Shown here: piece by piece, positions 54,521 through 64,000 of the stretch | How the letters are laid out: each line of letters starts with the position of its first letter | Numbering within the stretch: position 1 is the first letter of the stretch | DNA from: the human T2T-CHM13v2.0 reference genome, Homo sapiens | Strand: one strand, 5' to 3' | DNA length: 64,000 nt | Assembly (NCBI RefSeq): GCF_009914755.1 | Contig: NC_060947.1 | Program-made: the position numbers and the translations under genes | Notes under the pieces: generated by a model | What the model was told of the DNA's origin: nothing | The model's database searches: none | Seen by the model: only the letters and a program-made list of their open reading frames with translations

Positions 54521-57500
54521 TGTATCTTTCTCTTCTTAAAATATTACATGACTAATTTGGAATTGTGTAGTTCCAAGTATTCAATTAAAAGGGCTTATCT
54601 ATGTGTTTCAACTTACCCCATATAAGCAACCAATTCTTAATGTTGTTTAAAATCACAATTAGTGTAAAAAATACACTCTAGCTATTATTTATCAGTTGTC
54701 ACAAGATATGAGAATTTAGTGACGTGCTTTTTGGATATGATAAGAAAAGTCAGGATTTTCTTTTAAAAATGACTATGACTGTACATCTAGTAGAAGGATG
54801 GTAACAATAAAAATGAGCACTGGGTCATTTGGTTCATCTGACTTTTCCACTGTTTAAAAAGATAGATAAAACAATAATTACACAAATCACTTGGGTGTTG
54901 TGGCGACCAAATGCGACTAGGAAGCAGCTTTATTACCAATCTATGTGTTTCATAAAAGTACAAAGTCATTGTATTGCTTTTCCATTTCAAGCAACTGTCA
55001 TGCCAAGTCATATGTGTTTTCTGCCATCCATGATGCATATGTATATATTTTCAGTATTTTAAAACAATTAATAAGACAGGTAAGTAAAAGGCAGAATTTC
55101 TTGATTCCAAACTTAAAGTGTGTAAGATGTTAAGGCAATTTTCTAAAACATCATTTTTATAAAACAATTCCCTTGATTCACGAATGTGCCTCTTTGTCTA
55201 ACCTAGTGAATTACAGACGTTTTGGAGTGGAAATAACTTCTCAGCCTCTTTTGACAGTTGGTGAATATTTTTGTCTGCACCCCACAATTTAACCAGTGTC
55301 CTTGCATAAAAGTGTTACTTGTTTTTAAAGATCTAGGTCAAAATAGCCCTTAACTTTTATTTCAAAAGGGCATTCAAATGCCTTCAGGGTAAACAACAAT
55401 GTTAATGATGGCCTGTACAATTAGAAACAAATTTCTGCATCATTGGATCATGTTATTGAAAAGGCTGGTTAAGATATTGTAAAAATATAAATGTCAAACT
55501 CATTATTAAAGTGGAATTAATAGCTATTGAATTGCATCAACTCACATCTAGAGAATTCTGGGGGAGATCAACAAATATACCACCTTAAATAAATGTGTTC
55601 CTTTGATCCTGCCAATAAATCGACACATGACCTCATCAGGTTTGGCTAATAACAGATTAGTGAAGAAATAACTTTAAACAAATATCCATTACAGCCCCAG
55701 ATCACTTTACATCTAATCCAAATATGATTTTTAAAAATTACTATTTAGAATTTATTTTTTTAACTCTGTGGAAGTCCAGTCCTATGATTAACTAAACTTT
55801 TAAATATGAATCCTTATTAAAAATAACCTCTCGCTACACTTGAGTCAGTACTCTTCTTACCTGTCTCAAGTTCAAATTTCAAGAAAATAAGGTAGTAGCA
55901 TGTACAGATCCAATACGACAGTTTGAGCTTTACCTTTTCCGCAGAAAAGTGGTCCAAAGCTTTGGATTTTTCACCTCTTCTGGAAGCTTACAGACGCAGG
56001 CTTTGCTGCCCTGCTTTCGCCAGTGCATGCCAGAGTGCTTTAACCTTGCCCAGCTGTTCTAGTTATTTCCATGTCTTAAATTTCCCCTTCATGACGACCT
56101 TGATGTCCCTGTCTGATGTAAAGCTGCACTATCTTGAGGAGGCAGGTTCCTCCCACAACATAGTTAGTAACTTAGTGGTATAGAATCAATACATCATAAG
56201 AATCGTTTGACTCACTTTGGAGGAAGGCAGTTAAACTTGACATCTGTAGTCATGATTCTTTACTTTCCAGCCAACAAGAAATTTTAAAGCATATCAAAAG
56301 ATGTCATTCAAATACTATGGCTACAAATAAATAAACTCCATCATGACCATATATGCTAGTCCCAAAGCATTTCTTTTTTCCTTATTTTAAACCAAAATAT
56401 ATTTTTTAAATGGTTCAAACTGGCTGTTTCTAAACGTTTACTTCAATGCACACTAAGCCTTTGGAAATAATTATTCATAGCAAACTAATTTATGTGTAAT
56501 GTGAGTCTAGGAGATTATCACACTTATCTTACCATTTATTTGAAAATACTTTATTCCAGGAAGACTCCTTTTGTGTCACATTTAATTGCCTTTGAAGCTC
56601 CTGCCATTTGAATCTGTCTTCTGGAACATGCATTTCATCATTATTTTTTAGCCTTGTTACATCAATCACCACAACTGCTATAGAAGATTTCTGGGCTGTG
56701 AAGTGATAATTTGTTCCAGTGGTATTAATGAGGCAAGCAGTGGTCTTGAGGGAGGTGACAGCCCATTGCTTTACAGACAGCATCAGATTAAGGTGCTGGA
56801 CTATATACATGGCTTTAAGCATATACTCCAGAGCCTTTGAAGCATTTTATAACTTCCCTTATCAAACTTAACATAGAAGAGGTACCTCCAACAACTTATC
56901 TGCAATGTGCTAGGCATATCTAAGTACCAAGGGGGGAACATTAATAGTGTTACTCAACTTACCTTGAGTTACAGACACATCAGAGAAACTTTGTACTGCT
57001 TCCAATTTGAAGGCACCCTGCTGCCTTATATGCTCTAAATTGGTCTATTTCCATTACCATGGTTGTAATGGCATGTCCCTAGCCACAGAAAAGTCTAATT
57101 CCCTGAAGTGCAGCCAATGAAAACTTGTATTTCTGGGAATTAAGTCCCAGAAGTAGAAATGCCGATTTGTTGGTGTTATAATGCCATGCCCATGAATACT
57201 GCCTCTAGGAAGCAGTGCATCTGGAAACAACAGATGGTACATGTGGAAATGGGTTGGATGGAGTATTTTAATACCCACACATCTCTAATTCAGTTCTACA
57301 CGTCTGATTTCAATGTTTTTTCAGATTATAGGGTGTTTCAGATTGGTAAGACAGGCCTGATCCGTATTATTATTACTATCAACACTGCCGGAAGAAAGCC
57401 GAATGTAATATCATTGTCTATGAACTCTCATTTGGCCACTTATATATGCACATGCAAAAATCCTGACTTGGCTTTTGATAATGGAACAAGTTAGTCAAGG

Positions 57501-58654
57501 GCACTTCCCTACTACCCCTTTACTATCAACCACAGAACACAAATTTATTTTAAGATGAAACTATCCTAGATTGCTACTCTCTTCAATATAAGCAGGAAAA
57601 TTTTAAGTTATTTCACGCTGTCTAAACAGTTTATCCCCCACTCTACTACTTTTTTCAAAAGCTACCAGAACTCTTATAGTATTGGAGAAATTCGACTTAG
57701 TATGGCAGGAAAACAGTTTTGCTAGAAAGATCATTTCTTCTTGTGCTTCAAGAAGGCTGAATTAAATGGTCTTTGTAATATGTTGGCATTTTAAGAAGCA
57801 TACCATCTGAATGGTATGAAGATAACTTTTAGAAGCTTAGAAGTTCATATTCTGTAGTTTGTTATCATAACTTAGCTAGAATTAGGATAGTATTGTGCTG
57901 TCTATAAAAAGAAAATGAACTTTCAACTAAAATATCAGAAGAGATTTAAGAAAGTATGTTTGTTGAACATTGTAAATCAAACAATGCACCATTCAACATG
58001 GTACATTGGAGAGGCAGCCCCATCCAGGTGGCTATAAAACCCATCAAGATGCAAAAAACAAGTGGCAACCTATTGTAATTTAGTTTAGTCCTGTAACCAC
58101 TTAGGTAAAAGGGAAGGGAGATTTCCCATCCCTCCTGTTTTAGATCACTTCAGGAATCCTTTAGCCCAATGGGAAGCAGTATCCTAGTCCTTGACCTTCC
58201 AATTTGTGCTCAATATGGACAAATGACTTTAAATTCTAAGATGACTTTATATGGTCTCTCTGGACAGTACAACCTCCCTTATGAAGAGGTAGTTAGGCAG
58301 AGACAGGCAAAGGACTCCATATACTTTGATGTCACAGCCAAACACTAAACACATTCGAAGTATCTCTAAAAATTATGTCAATAAGGAAAAAGACCCTAAA
58401 GGTGAATAAGCTATTAATGGTATTAACAAGTATACATGATTGCATATAAGAAACAGCATCCAACCCCTCCACAAAAAGCTTGTCCTTATTTGTTCTCCTT
58501 CCTTCCTTTTTTCTTTCCCTTCTTTCTTTAGTAACTAAACAAATTATAACTAAACAAAATTTTTGATCTATTAAAACATCTCTGAGAGATGGTCAAACAT
58601 TTCAAACATTCACTATAGCAATGAAATAATACTCTTACCCCTAGTTCAGAAAGA

Positions 58655-59240
58655 AGAGCACAGTGATTAAAAGCAACCCTCTGAAGGAGACTGAGTTTCA
58701 ATTTAAATTACTAGTAGTGTGACACTGAGCAAATACCTTCTCTTCATTGGTAAAATAGGGACAATGATGGTACCTACCGATTTAGATTACTATGAAGATT
58801 AAATGAGTATGCTAGTTACTGCTAATGCTACACTAATAACTGTATTGCCCTTTTCTCCTCCTCCTGAACACACAGGTTGACTGCATTTCTCAGCTATTAG
58901 GTATAGCCATGTGACTAAATTCTTGCTAATGAAAAACGGTCACGTGGCACTGCTAAGCATGGCCCATGAAAACCTCCCATGTGCTATCCTTATTTTCTTT
59001 TCCCATTCACCGGCTAAATAGAAAGAACTTCTAGAACTCAGAGGAGGCCACAGCCACAAGACGGAAAGAGCCTAGGTTTTAAATAATTACATGGAGAAAA
59101 GCCCCTCTCACTGGTCCTCAAGTGATTGTGATAAGCCACAGAAATAACTGACTAAAACAATGAGATAGTTCATTTAAAGTACTTATCACAGTAACTGGCA
59201 CACACAAAAAAAGTGCTCAAAAAAAGTTATTATGAACATT
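58655..59240 (+). mobile_element. MIR split by an MLT1 LTR
   Basis: TAGTGTGAC...GAGCAA...GTAAAATAGGGACAATGATGGTACCTACC...GATTAAATGAG, resuming at ATGAGATA...TAAAGTACTTA...CTGGCACA. Confidence 0.7.
58808..59159 (+). mobile_element. MLT1I/J-like solo LTR (ERVL-MaLR)
   Basis: GCCATGTGACTAAATTCT, AGCCACAAGACGGAAAGAGCCTAGG, ends CTGACTAAAACA; 5-bp TSD ATGAG at 58803-58807 and 59160-59164. Confidence 0.8.
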
Positions 59241-59262
59241 ATTGTGCTGATGCTGTTGGTGT

Positions 59263-59660
59263 TGGTTATGGACTGAATGCTTGTGTTTCCCCCAAATTCA
59301 TATGTTGAAGCCCTACCCTTCAGTGTGACTATATTTGGAGATAGGGCCTCCAAAGAAGTAATTAAGGTTAAAAAGGTCATAAGGGTGATGCCATGATCCA
59401 ACAGGATTAGTGACCTTATTAGAAAAGATGCTGGAGAACTCCTGTCTCTCTTTCTATACACACAAGCCCTAAGGAAAGGTCATGTAAAGACATAGTGAGA
59501 AGGCAGTTGTCTACGAGCCAGGACAAGTACCTTCACCAGAAACTCAATTGGCTGGAAACTTGATCTCAGACGTCTAGACTCCAGAACTGTAAGAAATAAA
59601 TTTCTGTTATTGAAGTCATCCAGTGAATTGTATTTTGTTATGGCAACCTGAGCTAAGACA
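59263..59660 (+). mobile_element. MLT1A/B-like solo LTR (ERVL-MaLR)
   Basis: TATGGACTGAATG...CCCCAAATTCATATGTTGAAGCCCTA...CTCCAGAACTGTAAGAAATAAATTTCTGTT...CTAAGACA. Confidence 0.9.
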
Positions 59661-59711
59661 GCGCTCATATCCAAAGTCCTACAAGAGAGTATTAAAAACA
59701 AAGTACTTTTT

Positions 59712-60368
59712 AAGATTTTGGTGGGTGCATAGTAGATGTATATATTTTTGGGTTACGTGAGATATTTTGATACAGGCATGCAATGCATAATAATCACATA
59801 AGGGTAAACAGGATATCCATCACCTCAAACATTTATTATTTTTGTTACAAACAACCCAATTATACTCTTTATGTTATTTTAAAATGTACATTATTTTTCA
59901 CTGTAGTGACACTATTGTGCTAGGAAATACTAGGTCTTATTCATTCTTTCTATTTTTTATACCTATTATCTCCACTTCCCCCCACCCCCATTACCTTTCC
60001 CAGCCTCTAGTAACCATCCTACACCCTATCTCCATGAGGTCAATTACTATAATTTTTAGCTCCTAGAAATAAGTGAGAACATGTGAAGTTTGTCTTTCTG
60101 TGCCTGGCTTATTTCACTAAGCATAATGACCTCCAGTTCCATCCATGTTCCTGCAAATGACAGGATCTCATTCTTTTTATAGCTGAATAATATTCTATTA
60201 TGTATATATACCACATTTTCTTTATCCATTCTTCTGTTAATGGACACTTAGGTTGCTTCCAAGTCTTGGCTATTGTGAATAGTGCTGCAACAAACATTGG
60301 AATGCAGATATCACTTCAATATATTGGTTTCCTTTCTTCAGAGCAAATACCTAGGAGTGGGATTGCTG
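59712..60368 (-). mobile_element. L1MA 3' end
   Basis: Minus ORFs read MFVAALFTIAKTWKQPKCP and SFAGTWMELEVIMLSEISQAQKDKLHMFSLI (ORF2 C-terminus), followed by 3' UTR. Confidence 0.9.
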
Positions 60369-60998
60369 TAGCTCCTAAAATCATTAGACAAATTAAATTA
60401 CTTACTAGCATCATCTATAACTCCTTACAGTTGAATAGAATTTTACATTTCCCAGATAATTTTTATATATCTCAATAATCCTATGAATAGGCAGGACAGA
60501 AATTACTATCTTGTGTTTATAGATAAGGAAATTGAAGCTTGGAAACATTCAGTGTTTTTTCAAAAGTTATCTGGTTGCTAAGATTCTCTTTACCATGCTA
60601 CAACCAAAACTTCAAAGATGTACTTGTAGAGGCAGTTTGGATATTTTAAAAATAACAATACAGGCATTCTCTAAATTCACCTAATTTTATCACCATTTTA
60701 ATTCCTTATTTTTCTAAAATATTATACTACTACTCAAAACAGAAGTAAAAACTGAAATTAAAGAGCAAAATACTAGTAAATCATAGTGTTATCAATGACA
60801 AGGTTCATTATCTTGATTAATGATATAAAAACAGCAGGCAAATTTGGCATAATTACTTAAAAATTAATTACCTTAGATACCATCAAGTGTTAACATAAAG
60901 ACATCCATTTAGGTGATGATAGTATTTAATATTTTATGATTATAGCAAAACAAAATTAAAATATGTATACTATAATATGATTTACTTTGATTATAATT

Positions 60999-61128
60999 GA
61001 AATTATTTTTAAAAGATAATTTTAAATTCAACTTTTAAGTCAGCTTGACTTTATATACAAATCAGCTTGGCTTTATATACAAGCTGACTTAAAAGTTGAA
61101 TTTAAAATTATCTTTTAAAAATAATTTC
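60999..61128. repeat. Perfect inverted repeat, 49-bp arms, 32-nt spacer
   Basis: 60999-61047 GAAATTATTTTTAAAAGATAATTTTAAATTCAACTTTTAAGTCAGCTTG is the exact reverse complement of 61080-61128. Confidence 0.97.
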
Positions 61129-61147
61129 CTTTTGGTAATTCTTCCAC

Positions 61148-61435
61148 GCATTCACTTGAATGTATACTGAGCACCCATTATCTGCCAGCCAGTGTTCTAT
61201 GTGTTGGGAATACAATAATGAACAAAACAAAGTCCTTGTTCCCATAGAGCTTTCATTCCAGAGGGGATAGGGGAGACACTCGGTAAATAAAAAAGCAGGT
61301 AAAATATAAAGTATGTCAGAATGTAATAGGTACTGTAGAGTAAAACAAAGCAACATCAGAGGGTTATGGAGTATAAGAGAGGGTAAGCCCCTGCTGATAA
61401 AATGACATTTCAGCAGAGACTTGAAGGAAGTAAAT
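61148..61435 (-). mobile_element. L2 (L2a-like) 3' end
   Basis: CATTCA...TACTGAGCACC...TGCCAG...GGGAATACAATAATGAACAAAACAAAGTCC...GAGCTTTCATTCCAG. Confidence 0.8.
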
Positions 61436-61727
61436 TTTCAAACAGCAAAACACATAGGAATAAAGTATTTTATTAATTCACTTCATTTTGACAAACCTAC
61501 TAATGGAATTTCTTCAAATTGTTATTATTTAAAGAAACAATCACCTTGTTCTACTACTATTAAATCCTAAGCTACTGTGGTTAACACAGAGGATTTCTTT
61601 TCTCATAGGCTCTGGTTTAATATTTCATGGCTCACATTTTCATGTATCTGTCTCTAAAAGACAGCTTTACTGATGCACTAGTCTAAACATGTGTTTATAG
61701 CCATCCCTCACATATATATTAAGGAGC

Positions 61728-61746
61728 TCCTGCCACCTAGTGAATA
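61728..61746 (-). promoter_or_regulatory. CTCF-like motif (sequence match only)
   Basis: Minus strand TATTCACTAGGTGGCAGGA. Confidence 0.35.
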
Positions 61747-62859
61747 AAGAGAACACTGCTTTGTTTAAGGTATCAGCTGCTCTACCAGGTCAAAATTCCA
61801 GATCTCAAAATGTGGGAATTTTCTACCCAGAACTTAAAAGTGCCACCTGTCCAAAAAGGATTAAATCCTCATCAACTGCTGTCCAATAGTTTTGTATGTT
61901 GCACTTCAGTACTTATGAAGGTGACTTAAGCTTGGAACCAGGGATTTCTCTGGTGGCAGGCATTTGGCTGATTGCCTTGAAGAATGGAGTAGGGACTGAC
62001 AATGAATCAGTAGAAATGGTGATGACTACTAGAGAAACAAATAAAAAGGGTCCTATTTTCTGTCATTTTTATATTGAAATGAAGGTCAAACCAACAATAG
62101 CAGGGGAAATGCATTCATCAGGCTAATTTAGCTCAATCTGGGTTATAAGAAGCTAGCTTTCTTGTACATCTAGACATGTTACAGTCATTACTCTTCCAAT
62201 GGTTGTACATACTTGAGTACTTTGTTGGGTGCTGTTGTATTGAATATCCCTAAGCAACATCAAAATTCATGTAAATGAGGTGAAATTGCATTAAAGCGGC
62301 CAACATAACAGTTTCACACAACATTTGCATGATTTGAGCAATATTTAGAACGCAGAAAGTCCATGGAGCATGACTCATTTGACAGTTGGGGTGATTTCAA
62401 TTTTCAATAAATTTGGTTAATTAATACTTTAATGATCGATTATTCCCTGTATCCCACAGTTAAGCGTGTTTTTCATTGCATGTGCATGGCCTTGGAACTA
62501 GTTTGAAAATGTCTTTGAGTTAGGGTTCAGATCTATTAGATGAGCTCTACATAGTGGCTTTCTCAAACAAAGCCTAATGAAAGCCTCTCCATGAGTCTCA
62601 TTGAGTGGTCACATGGGGTTCTATTCTCCACAATCTAGTAACCTCAGGGGTTCAGAGAGAAAGGGTTGTTCTAGTGCAGGATACACTGAGTATGGCATCT
62701 GAGACAACTGCTTACAAGTGAGCTTCTAGTGATTACACCTGTTAGTATAAAGCTCCTTTTATCTTCCTTTTAAATTTTGCCTTTTCTCATTTTTCTCATG
62801 GCCTTATCTTTTCATCTTCTACTTATGCACATTGACTTTCTCTGGCTCCACCACTCTTG

Positions 62860-62878
62860 CTACCACTAGGAGGCACTA
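62860..62878 (+). promoter_or_regulatory. CTCF-like motif (sequence match only)
   Basis: CTACCACTAGGAGGCACTA versus consensus TGGCCACCAGGGGGCGCTA. Confidence 0.35.
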
Positions 62879-62959
62879 TAATGTTGTAGAAACAACATAA
62901 GCTTTGGTGTCTGACACATCTGGATAGAGGGGGTAAGGATAACGCTGATAACGGTGATA

Positions 62960-63215
62960 ACTACAAAGCAGATACCCTTTTTGAGTAGTTGGTGTCTGGA
63001 ACACTGTTAAGTGACTTATACATATTATCTCATTAAATATCCACAAAATTCCTATGATTGATTGTAGGTACTATTATTGTCCCTATTTTATTGATGGGGA
63101 AACCAGGCACAGAAAGTTTAAGTAGCTATCCCAAAGTCATACTGGTAGAAATTAGGGGAAGCCAGAATACAGGCTCACCTGCCTTTGCCTTTAGGGCCTA
63201 ATTCTTAACTACAGT
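62960..63215 (-). mobile_element. MIR, apparently nested inside a plus-strand MIR (about 62875-62925 and 63220-63320)
   Basis: CACTGTTAAGTG...ATTATCTCATT...GTAGGTACTATTATTGTCCCTATTTTA...GGGGAAACCAGGCACAGA...CCCAAAGTCA. Confidence 0.75.
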
Positions 63216-63367
63216 GTTTAAACAAGTTATTTAACCTCTCTGAGCTCCGGTTTACTCAACTATAAAATGAAGATGATAATGTATACACACTCATAACATT
63301 ATTATGAAGGTAAAATATACCTAACTGATGAGTGCCTTTCCCTCCCATTTCTCCTTTCTTCTTCTTC

Positions 63368-63726
<359 letters not shown>

Positions 63727-64000
63727 TAATTCTTCAAGTATCACTAAGAACTTAATTTGTCAAACTCAAGGTGTAGCCTTAATTTTCTTCTTGAACTGAC
63801 TGTCTCAGAGTTTATTTAGAACAGTTTCCCCATCACCCCATCCCTACCCCCAAGGTTACAAACGATACTCTCCGGATCATTACTCCAACATCAAGATAAT
63901 CCTTTAAGCATGCACAGAGGAATAATGGCATCAAGAGAAATTAGCAGCTTTTAAAGCATCCCCTAAAGTCCTTGTCTCCTCCCCTCTCACTTACTTCAAG

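Noticed and set aside
55855-57040. Minus-strand donors (CAG|GTAAGA near 55860, AAG|GTAAGT near 56962) as coding exons
   Set aside because: Weak or absent acceptors and an unrecognised peptide (HIRQQGAFKLEAVQSFSDVSVTQ); cannot be supported without RNA data.
60831-60840. ACAGCAGGCA, matching the start of miR-214
   Set aside because: The match ends after 10 nt and there is no hairpin.

Overview
AT-rich, CpG-poor primate genomic DNA, most likely human or great ape (it carries AluJ/S/Y and a young L1PA3-like 3' end). It looks intronic or intergenic. I recognise no host protein-coding exon, tRNA, rRNA, CpG island or CRISPR array. The only ORFs with real protein similarity are broken LINE-1 ORF2 fragments, mainly at 43.8-47.9 kb; the rest are Alu-derived or chance. 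Much of the window is interspersed repeat (L1PA/L1MA/L1MC-ME, Alu, MIR, L2, L3/CR1, MER5A, MER103, MLT1), with repeat-poor stretches that may hold regulatory elements. I found no evidence for a new multi-gene system. The most unusual items are structural: (1) two inverted MIR copies 1.3 kb apart, about 96% identical over 82-83 bp although MIR is an ancient family; (2) a perfect 49-bp-arm AT-rich palindrome at 61.0 kb; (3) a probable L1 3' transduction at 50.6 kb; (4) an Alu fused to an L1PA 3' terminus within one apparent TSD pair at 63.4-63.7 kb; (5) a four-layer nested L1/L1/L1/Alu insertion. Subfamily calls are by eye from remembered consensus motifs, and boundaries of old repeats are approximate.
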